From: the human T2T-CHM13v2.0 reference genome, Homo sapiens
Length of the DNA stretch: 64,000 nt
Assembly (NCBI RefSeq): GCF_009914755.1
Contig: NC_060931.1
Direction: 5' to 3' (one strand)
Shown: piece by piece, positions 1 to 17,790 of the stretch
Numbering within the stretch: position 1 is the stretch's first letter
How the letters are laid out: the number at the start of each line of letters is the position of its first letter
Translations under genes and position numbers: made by a program
The notes under the pieces: generated by a model
The model's input: only the letters and a program-made list of their open reading frames with translations
What the model was told of the DNA's origin: nothing
Databases searched by the model: none

Positions 1-1089
1 ACCTCAACGATGGCCTAGGGTACAGAACATTCTTCAGAATCGATGCTTCCCTTGATTTCCTCACCTCATATTTAGCACTTGAGTTCTCTAGCATAAATCA
101 GAAGTATGACAAATTGTGGAAATCCTATATATCATCTAGAAGAAAGGAGAAATAGTTGAAGACAAAATGTAGTCGTTATCAGTAGGTATTCATCAATTAC
201 TATATATATTGAATCTACAATAGCCACTGATTTTTAAGTGGTGTCATCATTTTATGTAAAACTAAAGGCAATGCTTCCTCATTACACCAAGACGCAATGT
301 TTCTTACATCTTATAATTTTTATTTCACATTATTAAGAGACTATTTTAGACTTAGATTTTTCTTTTATCATTTATCATCTTTGTGCATGTATGCATCTTT
401 GTGCATCTTCACTGTGTGCAAGTGAAATAAATTGTCTGTTATTGCAGGAAGATGTGGAATTATAATCATTCCTCCCATGAAGAATATTTGCTTCACTGTT
501 ATTAGATTTATACTGTATTGCTCAGTATCCTTGCCTTTCTTCTTGTCTATCACATTTTATTTAATGCCGAGTAACAGTGCAAAATTTTAAGGAACACAAT
601 GAGACTCATCATTTGTAGCACAAGCAGTGCAAATAACTAAAGTGACAACCGTATGAAGATCTATGACCAAGTTTGCACACGTGCAGGCAATTACAACTTC
701 CTCACAACTGCTACCTGGGTGGCAATGTTTTAAGACACCAACAGTTAGAGAATGTATTTCAATTTCAGAAATATTTAAGATGTGGAGAAAATGGACATCC
801 AGTTTTTAACAAAATATGGTAATTACAGAAATATAAGGTAACAAAGACCTGTAATACTTTCTAATGCTGTGGGACAATAGGGAAGAAATGTCGGTCAGAG
901 AATAGCTGACTTTGACTTTAATCTCCTGATGAATATATCCCTAATTTCAAATGAACCCTGGCACAAAAGAGATGCTCAGTACCAACCTCTTCAGGTAATG
1001 AATGAGAAGCTAAGGTTGACTTTCTTCTCTGACGGAGAAGTTAAGTTTTCTTAAAAAAATCATAGCTGATTCATAATAACATAAGTTAA

Positions 1090-1520
1090 TTTTGACAAAA
1101 GAAAGATCACCAATGACCTCACAATCCTAATAGGATTACTTTTATTTTTTTATATTCATCTTAGTGTTCATCTATGTAAGTTTTTAGTGTTTCTAGTTGT
1201 AATCATAATGAATATAACATTTTTATACATTTACACTGAATATTATATCATAACAGTATAATTATAATTTTATGGCTGTGTAATATTCCATTGAATTATA
1301 CACAGTAATTTATTTAAAGATTCATTGTTATTATACATGTAAATTACTTCTGATGCTTTGCTATTTTAGTTAAAGCTATAAATAACATTATCGTGCATTT
1401 AGTTTTCCCTTCTGTTAAATTATATTCCTAGGAAACATTCCCAGGAGTGGAATTTTTGGTGACGGGGAATGATACATTTTTATGGCTCTTGGTATAAATT
1501 GCCATAAAAACAGGTTCTAA
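1090..1520 (-). mobile_element. Old L1 (L1ME-like) 3' fragment
   Basis: Degenerate antisense L1 3' motifs (tatggctgtgtaatattccattg; attcccaggagtggaatt); boundaries approximate. Confidence 0.5.
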
Positions 1521-2779
1521 TAAAATTCAGTGGCAATTTCTCCTTAAAGATTCTGAAGGACAGGGGACTATTAGCCACTTTATAATACTGCTTCATTTTC
1601 TAGGATGTATATGTCATTGGAGGCATGGCTTAAGAAGAGAGGAAAAAACAAATTGCTGTCGCTTGGTTACTACAGCGCTCCCCAATTTTCGTACAGCCTG
1701 GGTGCTGCAGTTCAGCTCTTTGCTCTGCTTTCTAGCTTTCTCAGCAATTTTGCAACTGAACATAAGGCTCTAAGGGGCTCTGAGTTAAGGGATATCGGTC
1801 ATTACTAGGTAGAACATGGAACAAAATTCTTTCTAAGTTTTTCAGAACTGGATAGTAAAAGGTAAGATTTGGTTAAGCAGGGTGGTTTGGTTACAATATA
1901 ATTTGCAGAGTCGCTCTATGGAATTACTCCCATTTACAGGGTGAAAATGATGATGCCTATTTTGCTAGATTCAAGATAACTTATATAGTCACAGTCTTTG
2001 AAAAACAACATCTATGACCACCAAATATAGACTACGGCTAAAAGTTAAGGGCCTGAGAAGGCTATATATGAATTTAGGACAGAAGTATATGCCTCTTAGG
2101 AATGTATGCCATTTTAGAATAAAAAAAAAATCCTTTAGGTCATGTCCAGGTTTCTACCATATCCTCCTTATAGCACAAAGAATGTCAGTAACTGAGATAA
2201 CAGAGATATTTATTTGTCTCCCATGATACTGAAGGAAAAATTTAAGCAGGCATTACAATTCACACAAGTCTTATACAGGCTGTGTTCTTCATATAGGAGG
2301 GTTACTTTGTTGACCTATCTGTTAACCTATCCTAAGTAAAGCCCTTCTTTGTTTTCCATTAAAAAGTTTAGTTTTATCCATGTTATCTCTGTCCTCACAG
2401 TTACAAAGGACTTAAGCATCTTTTTGAGAAAAGGCATGCGTAAGTAACTTTTTAAGAAAAGGGTCAGGGATGCCATCTGTGGCTATGGGAAAGCAAAACA
2501 AAACAGAATTATCTCCAGAGAATGTCACAATGGTTATCAGAACACACAAACTGCTGTTTGCAAACCTGTGTTAGGATCGCCATGATACTAAATCTCAAAG
2601 AAAGTCTCTATACACATGTGATATTATGATACCAAAGAGCTCAAATAGGAAGTTTGAGTTCAGATTTTCGATCATTTGGTTTTTGTAGCATTTATTATAG
2701 AAATTAGTAAATTATCTCTAGTATTTTCATTAAACATTTGGTGCTGTCAGTGCTGTTAACCATGGAAACACATTTGTGT

Positions 2780-3310
2780 TGTAGTAATCAGGACTTGTTC
2801 AGGTGCAAGTGACAGAAACACAACACAAACAAATGAGAAGGGCACTTTGTGGCTCATCTTACAGGGCAGTCTGGATAGTTTTGGCGCAACTTGATCCAGG
2901 GGCTTGAAAAATGTGATCATATTTCTATTTTAATCTCCATTTCATGGTTCTGTACTTTTTGTCTTTTTCATGCAGGTTCTAGCCATTTGTTAGGAGAGAT
3001 GGGCTCTGGTAGCCCAAAGTATGCACTTACTGTTTGTGAACCCACCAAAAGAGAGAGTTCCTGTCTCTGTCAGCACCAAAGCTCAAGATAGACTTTAATT
3101 GACCATGTTGGTGTTAGATGCCCATCCTTGAAAAAATTACTTAAGAAAATGATATCCTCTCATTGGTGAAACCTGAATTATCCTTCATCCCTTTGGCAGG
3201 TGGGGCCAGGCATCAAGACTGACTGTGGATTTTAAGAGGGGTGGTGCTGCAGGAGAGAAGGGTGCTCCTACTAGAAGAGGAGGAAGAGATTCTGAGCAAA
3301 CCCAACAAGC
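2780..3310 (-). mobile_element. MLT1J/K-like MaLR LTR
   Basis: tcaggacttgttcaggtgcaagtgacagaaac start and ttgatccaggggctt motif typical of old MLT1 LTRs. Confidence 0.5.
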
Positions 3311-4286
3311 AGTCATGACAGTGGCAGTTCTAAATGCCTACAAGATCCACTAAACATTGGTTACATTTGAGAAGGTCTTTCCCAGTATTTTTCCTTTTCT
3401 TTTGTATTTGCTTTCCATAATCTTCTATGTAATCTGACATTTAAGTGCATGTGTTTAGAAGACTGCATCAACTGTGTACTGTTTCTTGTGCATAAATAGA
3501 TATGAGCTTTAAATCAAAGGAGGTAAAATCTATTATCTCTTTCTAGTATTTGGAATTATTTCCTAGTTTTTCTAATAGCCTTGATTATTGGGCTTTGATG
3601 TAATGGGATTCACATCTTTACAAAACTTCTTTCTATAACTTTGTGGTTGGTATTCAGTGGTCTCAACACCTGAAAGAATAATGGTTTTCTTTTCTTGAAA
3701 TAATAATGTTTTTCTTTTCTCAACTCAACTTCTGCTCTGTATACCAACATAATTAACAGACAGATAAACCAAGTGCTCCGACTTCAAGGGTTTTCTCTTG
3801 AGGAAGATTTAGATGCTATATGAACCCTTTAATGTACTTATGCTTAAATGTGGATGCATTAGACCAAGTGACTCCTTTCTAAATTTCTCCTAAGGAGTCA
3901 TGATCTTGTAGCCTTCCAAGTAGCAAGTTTTCCCATTAGAATGAACTTCTCTGTTCTTTCAGTAGTATATTTTATATTTCCTTACTAAATCTTGATTACA
4001 GGACTTATTAGCCTTGTGTAAGCAACTGTAAGTTTCTTTATTCTAGCAACTGGCTAATGATATGTAGAAAGAAGTCCACCCTCTGAAGTTAATGACTTCT
4101 AAATACTCAGCATACAGAGTCCCTCCAGACTTACTCTAGTTTTCCTGTGATCATGCTGAGGATTTGGACTAAAGCATCATTATTCTATAACCCAAGGAAA
4201 ACATTTGATATGTCTTGGGAATAACTGTCTGATCTGTGGATATACAGGAAACACTCCAGTTTTTCTACATATGTTACCTAAATAAT

Positions 4287-4729
4287 CTTCCTTCCTTCCT
4301 TCCCTCCTTCCTTCCTTCCTTCCTTCCTTTCTTTCACTTTCTTTCTTTTTCTTTCTCACTTTCTTTCCTTTCTCTCTTTCTTTTTCTTTCATTCTTGCTT
4401 GCATTCTTGCTTGCTTGCTTTCTCACTTTCTTTCTCTTTTTCTCTTATTTTCTATTTTTCTCTTCTTTCTCTTTTCTTCTTTCTATACTCTTTCTTCCTT
4501 TCTCTTTTTCTCTTCTCTTTCTTTCTTCTCTCTCTTTCTCTCTTCTTCTTTCTATACTCTTTATTTCCCTCCCTCCCTCCCTCGCTCCCTCTCTCCCTCC
4601 CTCCCTTCCTTCCCTCCTTCCTTCCCTCCTTCCTTCCTTCCTTTCTTCCTTCCTTCCTTCCTTCCTTCCTTCCTTCCTTCCTTCCTTCCTTCCTTCTTCT
4701 TTCCTTCCTTTCCCTTCCTCCTTTCTTTC
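4287..4729. repeat. Compound (TTCC)n/(TC)-rich polypyrimidine microsatellite
   Basis: ~440 bp almost entirely C/T on +, with TTCC arrays at both ends. Confidence 0.95.
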
Positions 4730-5383
4730 ACTGAATTAATGAACAACCCACAAACTGAACGGGTTTAAATGTAAATGGGTTCAAAATGAGAACTAATCAA
4801 TGTCTGAAAAAAATAGCTTTACATTTCATTGCCTAAGATAAATAATGCTTCATGTCAAAGAGTAGGAGACTTTCCACAGTTCATAAAGCAGTGATATTTA
4901 TGTAAAATTTATTTTTAAAATAAACTAATTTTAAAAATGTAGATTTTCAGAAACATCTTAAAGGGGCTGGCTGTAGAAAAAAATAATTGGCCAATGTTTT
5001 CCATTAAGATGAAAGTCTCAGGAGAGGGATGGACTAAAAAAAGATTTCTTTTTAATTTGGAGGATGTTTCTTTTTTCAAAAACATAATGAATCAGCCAAT
5101 CCCAAATTCTGTCTGAACTGGAATGAAAAGTACTAAAGAGGATAAAGTGGAGGCTGACTAGTCTCTTGCTTAACTCTTTCACAACTGCTCCTTTCCAGGG
5201 AGCAACTTGTTTTTCCTGGGTCTTTAAGTCTACTTGGTGGGCTGGGCTGAGAGCTCGTTGATGAGACACTTCATGTCTGCCATCTACTTCTTATTCCTCA
5301 GAGGGGTTGTGCACATGTGGTTTTGTTTATCCTCTCAATTATCACTCACGGCTCAGTTATTTCCACTCTGGATCATGCCTTAG

Positions 5384-5425
5384 ACACACACACACACACA
5401 CACACGCACACACATACACACACAC
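5384..5425. repeat. Interrupted (CA)n microsatellite
   Basis: Directly visible CA run with cg and ta interruptions. Confidence 0.95.
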
Positions 5426-6291
5426 TGACTCTCTCACTTTAAACCTATTTCTTAGTTTTTTCAAAGGTATCTCTCATCTTTTTACTCTACCACCACCTTA
5501 TTCTTATTGCATTTACGAGCTAGTGGATGAGAGTCATCATGGAAGAGAAAGGTGAGAATAGTTTTGGCTGTATACACACATCAAGAACAAAGTAAATCGT
5601 AAGTTCTGAAATGAAATAAGACATGAAAAAGTGCTATCATCTCCTAAGACTTTCTATTCTAGATATTCTCAATCTAATGTTATTTGCCCTTGTATTAAAC
5701 CTAGTATTCATCAAGCAACATTTGAGATAAGTAAAAACAGTCTTGCATCAATTGCATTTTTAAAATCTCTGCATTATGAAAGTTTGTTTTATTTGTATGC
5801 ATTTGGTTCATTCAAAATATAACAAGGGGGTAAAGCAGATTTGCAGAGGAAAATTAGCAAAAGCATTAACCGACAGCTGATTTATAAAAGCAGGCTTATT
5901 TTAATTAAAAAGTATGTAAGGTAAGTCACTTAAATTGTGTTTACTTAATAAATTGTTTTCAGTCTCTATTATGATGGTTTAATAATTACACATGTCATAT
6001 ATTTTTAATGAACAAACATGAAATGCTGATTATGTTTCTTATTATTTGGAGAAGTAGAATATTAAAAATTAAAGCCTTTCTTGCAACAACCACTTTAAGT
6101 AAAAAGCTCTGACTGATGCCTGTGAAATTACTCAGATTAAGATTCAGCTCACATAAGAAAACGCCACAGGTAGCACATTCTTTCTTCTGCTTTTCCTTTT
6201 TTGAGGTAAATAACAAGATGGAAAAAAAGTGAAAGCTGATGAAAAGCTCAACTTCTTCCTGAAATTATTGTTCATTCACCATATTCAGTTA

Positions 6292-6610
<319 letters not shown>

Positions 6611-6619
6611 TAAATTGTA

Positions 6620-7060
6620 TTGGTGCTGGCGGTAGTGTTGAAGTAGACAGAGACAGTCCCAGCCCTCAGAAGCTCACAGCTTATAAAGGAAAGTAGGTCT
6701 GGAGTAAGTGATGGTGAGTGTTGTAAAGGTATTATCATGAGAGTCACTAATATGGGATATATAACTCAGCTGGGAGTGGGAAAGAGCTCAAGGGAAGTTG
6801 AATAAATGCTAGTTAGGTTCAGGGAGGGGTAGACAGAACATTCCTAGGGAAGGTTATAGGGGCCTCAGGCAGGCAGGAGAATTTGAGGATAGAATAGTTT
6901 ATTATGACTGGAGTATGGAGACTTGGGGGTGAGGGGAGGGCTGGTGGCAAGCATTTAAGTCAGTAAGGTAAGCAAGCTGGCCCTCAAGGTCACATCAAGA
7001 ATTTTCAGCTGTGACTTCTAACCCAAAGGGAAGCAATTGAAAGGTTCTTCAGCATCAGGG
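6620..7060 (+). mobile_element. L2 fragment
   Basis: Degenerate L2-type purine-rich sequence (agacagtcccagccctcagaagctcacag; gggaagcaattgaaaggtt). Confidence 0.5.
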
Positions 7061-7809
7061 AACTTTGAATAAGAGACAAGAAAAACCATCTCTTTCAAAT
7101 ACCTCTCTAAAGCGGCATACAACAGGAATCCATTTTGAAAGGTGAGCTGTCACAGTCAAAATCTTTAATAAGTAGTAATGTAAATTATCTTCTGAGATAG
7201 GACTCCTTCCTTACTCATTAAATTTACACTACAGGTCACTTAACAATTGGTCTCTAAGAACATGAATAAAATAACTTTGCCATCTACACAAAGAAATGAG
7301 CTTCTGGAATTGGACAATTTTGGGTATTAGATCTGAGTTGAAACAGATAATTGCAGTGTTTTCCCCACTTCTGGGACCTTTCAATATTCTTGCATGAAAG
7401 AATTTTCTGAGAGCAGCCATATTTATATGTTTGCTTTCATCAATAACCCCAGCCATTTGGCCGCCCACATGTGTCAGCATACACGTATCCTTGGCATTAA
7501 TATGCTTGTATAAACAGAAGCATAAAGAAGCTCATTGTTAATATCTGCTCAGGAACAGAAAACTAATGATTTATGATTATGTCTATGACATCAGCTATGC
7601 TAGAGGCTATTGCAGTATTGCTATGGGAACTTTTGATAACTTGTTTTGAGTTTCCTGCAGAATGCACAACTATTTTAAAAATGACCTGTGAATAGAGGAC
7701 AAAACTTTATTTTAAACCTTCTCTGACATGATACTCAGCAAAAATTTTAAAGCAGTTTCTGATTAAAAAATAACCATGTCATTACTTTAGAAACCACTCA
7801 TTCAAACAA

Positions 7810-8040
7810 CAATTTATTGGGCACCTTATTTGTGACGCAGTTTACGTATATACATTTTAATCTCCCAACAAGCCTGAAAATTAGATATTTTGGGTATCTT
7901 CACTTTATTAGTCAAACTCAGGATCAGAGAGGTAAATTTGCCCTAGGATACAAAGCTAATAAGTACTGGAAATGTGATTTAAACTCAGACTGGCTCTTGC
8001 AAGAGAATGTGCTATTTCCCCTACCATGCATTGCCTCCAA
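7810..8040 (-). mobile_element. MIR
   Basis: Antisense MIR core (aaactcaggatcagagaggtaaatttgcc...gatttaaactcagact). Confidence 0.7.
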
Positions 8041-8629
8041 AGGGCTTATTTAATATTTATTAAGTGACTTACGTGGGCTAGTTGTTTTGTGGATCATGAA
8101 GCTGTGCCATAGGTCATGAAAAAAATGAAGGGGAGTTGTAAATTATTAAGACATTTGCTTTGAGGAAGTATTTGCTATCCTGGAGCAGGATCTATTGTAG
8201 CTCAACTGGGTGAGCAAAAGACAGTCATGGGGTAGTGGACTTTTAATTCCATTTCATAGTCTCTGGCAGAAAAGAGGAATCTTCATTCTTGTTTATTTGC
8301 TTAACACTTGTCTGAAAACAATTATACCTAATGAGGAGGATTAATGAAAGTTCAATGTGCTTCTTCAGGTTTCATTTAAATATGATTGATTGTTAATATG
8401 GAACAGTGATAAATGTATACAATTTTTCCTGAACATTTAATTTTTTAAAAAGAAACACTAGCACTTCTCAAATTATATTTGGCTGAAGATTCGTAGTTTG
8501 TTAGATGTTAATAAGCGATCTGCGAAAGAAAACGAACTCATGGTGAAATACATTTTGGAAATTCTTGGCAATACACTGTCAAAGTTTATTTTTATCACTA
8601 GATTTCTTAGGACATTTAATAGGTAAATT

Positions 8630-9015
8630 ATAATTACTGATTCCCAGGTACCACACTGAACCCACTAAATCAGAGTTTCTGGGGATAGTACCCAGACATC
8701 AGTACTTTTTTTTTTCTTTTTCCTTCTTTTTTTTTTTTTTTTTTTTGAGACGGAGTTTTGCTCTTGTTGCCTAGGCTGGAGTGTAGTGATCTCGACTCAC
8801 TACAACCTCTGCCTCCTGGGTTCAAGCGATTTTCCTGCCTCAGCCTCCCTAGTGGCTGGGATTACAGGCGCCCACCACCACACCTGGCTAATTTTGTATT
8901 TTTAGTAGACACGGGGTTTCACCATGTTGGCCAGGCTAGTCTTCAACTCCTGACCTCAGGTGATCCGCCCGCCAGGCATCAGTACTTTTTAAAAGTTCTC
9001 CAGGTGATTCAGGCA
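8630..9015. mobile_element. MER5A-like hAT element split by an Alu
   Basis: cactaaatcagagtttctgggg and ttttaaaagttctccaggtgattc halves lie on either side of the Alu. Confidence 0.6.
8706..8973 (-). mobile_element. AluSp/Sq, 5'-truncated
   Basis: poly(T) then gagacggagttttgctcttgttgcc; stops at gatccgcccgcc; TSD cagRcatcagtactttt on both sides. Confidence 0.93.
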
Positions 9016-9609
9016 TGCAGATACATTGTTGTTATGAAACATTTTTCTTAGTGCATAAGTGCATAGTATATATGCTCAGTCTAGAGGCCAGCTGTTTTTC
9101 ATATCGTCCCCACCCCTATTTGTTGCAATAGAGAAAAAAAATGATGATAAATGACACAAGGTAGGGAGGCTTTTGTAGTTTGTCACATATTTATTTCCTT
9201 ATTCAATAAAAGTCAATTTTGATCAGATATTCTGTGAATCACTTAACAGATGAAACTATAAGTGGAAAGGAATTGACCTGAAAATAAGCCGAATCCCACC
9301 CTGTATCTTCTGATTTCAGTCCACAATGCTTCCTGGCTTTTCTAGAAGGAGCAGCTGGGATCGCCTTCCTAACACGGTGCCCTCTGCTATTGGCCCCCTC
9401 TGTCACCTGGGGCACCCACTGCTGCAGCCCTGCTGAGAGCTAAAGGCTGAATTTCACCTTTCATCTTTTACTTTAGTTCCATAGTTGTGGCAGAGGCTTC
9501 AGGTCCTGTTAAGCAGATTCTTGTTCTTTTTTATTCTGTTCTATATGTCTGAAAATTTGTGAGATGAGTTTATTAAAGATTAAAGTTGACTGTATGACTG
9601 CTTTTCTTT

Positions 9610-9885
9610 TCTTTCTTTTTCTTTTTCTTGAGATGGAGTCTTGCTCTGTCGCCCAGGCTGAAGTGCAGTGGCGCGATCTCGGCTCACTGCAAGTTCCACC
9701 TCAGCCTCCCAATTAGCGGAGACTACAGGCGCCCGCCACAACGCCTGGCTAATTTTTTTTGTATTTTCAGTAGAGACGGGGTTTCATGGTGTTAGCCAGG
9801 ATGGTCTCGATCTCCTGACCTCGTGATTCGCCCGCCTCCACCTCCCAAAGTGTTGGGATTACAGGCGTGAGCCACCATGCCCGGC
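9610..9885 (-). mobile_element. AluY-like with a short internal deletion
   Basis: gtgttagccaggatggtctcgatctcctgacctcgtgat; TSD atgactgctYttctt. Confidence 0.93.
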
Positions 9886-10109
9886 ATGACTGCTCTTCTT
9901 AATACCTTCTACGGAGCCCATTGGCTCCCACGTTCAGACAGATCCAGGAGGGAAGCTGTCCCATCCCTGTGCACGCTCATCTCTCCGGCATGTCTTACTG
10001 CTGGTGTTTCAGGCCTTTCAGCTTCAGATGGACTTCCCTGCCAGCTGTTCCACGAGCACCACGCTTTCCTTGTAAGCATTCCTTGCGTATCTTCTGGTTA
10101 ATTCTTATT

Positions 10110-10345
10110 TGACATGACCTTCAAAACTTAGCTCATAAACTGCCTTTCGTATCAATGCCTCCTTTCTCACTCACCTACTCACCTGGGTTAGTATCCCAGT
10201 GGTATCACAATGGTACTTAACAACATATTCCCCTCCACCTGGGTTATAGACTCCCTGAGGGCAGCGTTTGTGTCTTGTTTCCCTGTTCCAACTGAATGTC
10301 TTGAATATAAAAATATGCTTAACTGATGTTTATGAGTAAATGAAA
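10110..10345 (-). mobile_element. L2 3' end
   Basis: tagactccctgagggcag...tgtttatgagtaaatgaa L2 terminus. Confidence 0.55.
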
Positions 10346-10799
10346 AAGCTCTCTTCACTTGCTCTTCCATGCAATGAACACACCTGCTCACACATTCACA
10401 TCTTTACCTCCTTTTTGAACCATTTCCCTTCTTTTCTAAACCACCTTTTCTATTCATCAGTTGTGGCTCTTGTTGTACCTCCTCAATATTGACATTATAT
10501 TAATTTTGACTTTATAATTTATTTTTACTTTACACTGTGGAGTTTATGAAAATATTACATGTGTTTTATATCCCCAAGTGGATGGTAAACTTTTCAAGCT
10601 TACCTGTATTCTCTCACTTCCAACTTCAAATACATATTGAATGCCTGTACACTTCTGATAATGTAACACAGGTGTATATGTTAGTTTTATTGAGTTCATC
10701 TTCTGTATGTTTTCTCTCTTTGTGCCCTCATTTATGGTTCCAGCAATTAACTTTCTGCTTGTAGATATCTTCATTCTTTATTTTAATAAATTAGTTTCT

Positions 10800-11590
<791 letters not shown>

Positions 11591-11689
11591 ATTAGCGTGG
11601 GTAAAACCCTACCACCCAATTCCGGAAAGAAGCATCTCAGATCTCAAGTACTGAAGCTAAGTCTTGATTCACATGCACCATTGGGGGAG

Positions 11690-12275
11690 TGTAACCTGAT
11701 ACAACTTTTTTCTTCCTTAGAGTGCAACCTAGCCAAATATATAAAAACTTTAGATATATATGCTTTTTTGACTCAGAAGTTGCACATCTATGTTCCCCCC
11801 TCCCCGAGGAATAAGTATGCAAGGATGTATAAGCCAGTATGTTTATAATGCATTGTTTTTAATAGAGATACATTAAATATTCAGAAATGGACTTTCTGCA
11901 AATGAAAGTCATGCATCACAAATGAATTGTGATGCATCCGATTAATGAAATACTTTGTAGCTATTCAAAATGATGATGTAGCTATTCAAAATGATGATAA
12001 TCACTTTACTGATACAGAAAAGTGATCATGATATGTAGCCAAGTGGAATAAAGTTATAAAACAGCAAGCAAAGGAGGAATCCATTTTTATAACATTTTTA
12101 AAGTGTGTGATTTATGTGTCGTGGAAATCTACATGAGTATAAGTCAAGGTGTTAACAGTACTAATAAACACATAATATATGCATAATTGGGGTGATTTTT
12201 ACTTCCTTCATTATACCTCCCTGTTAGGTCTGATTACATTCATGGGCATACATTTCTGTTGTCATCAGAAAATTA
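11690..12275 (+). mobile_element. Old L1 (L1ME-like) 3' fragment
   Basis: Degenerate L1 3' motifs (gtgtaacctgatacaactttt; aatgaaatactttgtagctatt; gtgttaacagt). Confidence 0.55.
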
Positions 12276-13496
12276 TTATTTTCAGCTTTTTAAAAAGAAA
12301 GAGAAATGCTTAATTCATGGCAACACTTGTAGTCAGCATGGGGGCTTGATTTTCCCCTGATTGCCCTGATGGTACAAAGTAGACTTCTGGGTCTCTGCAT
12401 AAACGGCCTTACTTCTCTTTTAATCAACCTACTTTTGCGTGTGTGTGTCTGCCCAATTAGAAAAGACCTAAGGACACATGCCTCTGACCCTCACTGTCTT
12501 CCACCATCTTCTAAATTGCTTTTGACATCAGTTGCTTCAAAGTGAAAATGAAAAATGGAAATACCACAAAATGGAAGCTGTATCAGCAGAACCCGCATAA
12601 CTGATTAATTGGCTTATATGTGGTGTACCTAGTTTGGGAGTTTTTGGTCTTTGATTAGAAAATGCTTCTGGATTTCCAAGGACACTTATTACTCATGGTT
12701 GTTACTTTTTGAATATTACTGGTGCCTATTCAGGATTTGATTGAAGAGTTTTAGAAATGGATTTGTCCTGCCCCTTGCCTGTCCCTTATATAGTCCTGAC
12801 TCAGCCAGGCAGAAAAAAATTAATAGAGTTCTGAAAGCACTGAATGAAAGCTATAGTTTCCAGCCAATCCCCTCAGGGGTCTAGAGATACCTGGGCTGTG
12901 GTTTGGAGACATTAATTCTGCTTGCTTTGACTTTGCCAATTGTGTTTTATTTCTTTTTTTCTCTGTCACTGGGCACTTTATTGTAGAATTTTGTATATAA
13001 AGAAAATGCTCAGCATGTATTGCAGTTTTCCGCACGTGCTTAGGTAGCAAATGCTGACAAAAAGCACTCAGTATATTTCCAAAACGGGTCTCATCAATGG
13101 CACTTTTTTTTTTTGGTTATGGATTTCCTAGCTCTCTGATAGGCTGCACCTTTGATTTAGGATTTCAAAAAGAATTTAATCATGAAAGAAAGTTCTGTGT
13201 GCCGGGTGAATCCTCTTGAAAGCAATTGCCTTTTATATCTCTGGCTTCTTAATTGCTGCTTCACTCTGCTCTGCTGTTTTATTCTCTTTTATGTTTGGAT
13301 CAACATGTAAATAACTGAGGATGATGGCTGACTTTACTTAAGGCAGACATAATGAAAAGGTAGAAATGAAATCCAGGCTCAATGGAGAAGGAGAGAGTAT
13401 GCCATTGGGAGAACTAAAGAGATACCGTGCTGATTAATCTATCAGAGGATAGCTTTTAATGCCTAAGTTTTTGCATCAGAAATAAGGGACAATTTC

Positions 13497-13815
<319 letters not shown>

Positions 13816-14479
13816 TCATATTAGTTTTCTGCCAAGTGAGTTTCAAGGAACAGTAGTCTTATGAGGTGTTCTAGGGCAAGTGTTCTAGGTTAGAGGTGCT
13901 TGGGAAGTGCTATCCACTATTGGCTACCCTTAGTGATTTATGGCATATATTAGTGCTGAGAAAACTTGCCATAAAGTTTTGTTGTGTTAAATATGTCATT
14001 TTCCTAACTTTTTAAAGAAGAATTACTTATTATAGTTTTTGTTCCTTTCTTCCTTTTGGGAAATTGAAAAGATTAATGAATTCTCTATAATTAAAATACA
14101 AAGATATATACACTGGAGCTCAAAGTTAGGGTGAAAAATTAAGAGATTAAGGGGTCTTTTACTTTATTTCTAATTTCATGACTCTTTAACTTAAAAAAGG
14201 TATGCAAAGCAAATAAGAAAAATTGTCAACACTTGTTACTTTTAATAAGAGATTATGGGTTATGATTCTATGTAGTGTAGTTTTTCTATGAAAAAGGTAG
14301 ATGTTTTTTGTATATAAGACATTGCAATAATAACCATTCATCTGTTCATTTATTCAACAAATGTTTATTGAGAACTTAAAATATGCTATACATCATTTTT
14401 GGCACTTGTGATATACCAGTAAATAAAGAGATAAAGATCCCTGTCTTTGAGGTAAGAGAGTAAGAATAAATATTTATGA

Positions 14480-16830
<2,351 letters not shown>

Positions 16831-16869
16831 TATTTATGGATCACCCACTATAAACTGGCATTGGGTTGG

Positions 16870-17790
16870 GGCCATGATCTCCCAAATCAAGAATAAGTGG
16901 TTGTTTATTCTCAAAAATCTCCTAGTTTGGGGAGAGAAACAAACATGTAAACCGTAGAAATACTGTACTCTAAATTCAAGAGAGATGAATCCAAGTTGTT
17001 ATGGTGACATAGAGGAAGGTCCTGCCAACCAAACCAGGGGGGTGGTCATGGGTGGTAAGGGAAGCTGTCTGGTTTGAGCTGATGTTTGCGCTGAGTCCTA
17101 AAGGATAAACAGCAGTTAACCAGATATGTGGGGAAAGATGGCAATGGGAGGAAAGGGCATTTCAGGTAAAGGAGACAGCCTAGGCAAAGATCAAAAGCAT
17201 ACAGTGTGTAAACACTTGCATTTTGGTGTAACAAATGTTTGACTTATAAAAAGAAATTGATAGAATATTAAATGTAATAAAAAACTACATATTTCAGGTA
17301 GGGCTCTTCTACGGGGAGCTGTAGAAGGGTTTTAAATAAGGCAATGACATGAATGCATTTGAGTTTTAGACTGACTACTCTGGCAGCTGTGGAAAACAGA
17401 ATTGAAGTCTTGCCTCTAAAAGAGTAATTAGAAGGTTGTTACAGTAATGAGACTGATGAAAGTCTGAACTAGGACTTATATTTTAAGAATGGGGGTAAAG
17501 GGGGCCTCAATTTAAGACATAGGAAGAAGGCAAGGTTGGATATGGGTTTAGGGTGAACATATAATTTACCTTTTAAAAAGGGTACTTTTGAGAGTAAAAG
17601 TTGGCATTTAATACTTATGCCAGGACAATGGGCATTGCATTGACTGGAATAGGTTGGGACAAATGTCTTCCAACTTATTGTCATCCAAAATATGGAGGAA
17701 CAGGGATGGGAGGCAGGAGGCTAGAATGACTCTGAGGCTTCTAGCTTGGCTGACAGAGATAGAAAGGAAAAGGTTTGAAAGTAAAGATGA
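16870..17790 (+). mobile_element. L2 fragments
   Basis: gaagggttttaaataaggcaatgacatga; ctctggcagctgtgg; aatgactctgaggcttctagcttgg. Confidence 0.6.

Noticed and set aside
4180-4768. ORFs up to 167 aa rich in F/L/S/P or K/E/G/R
   Set aside because: Translation of the TTCC microsatellite; stop-free because of composition
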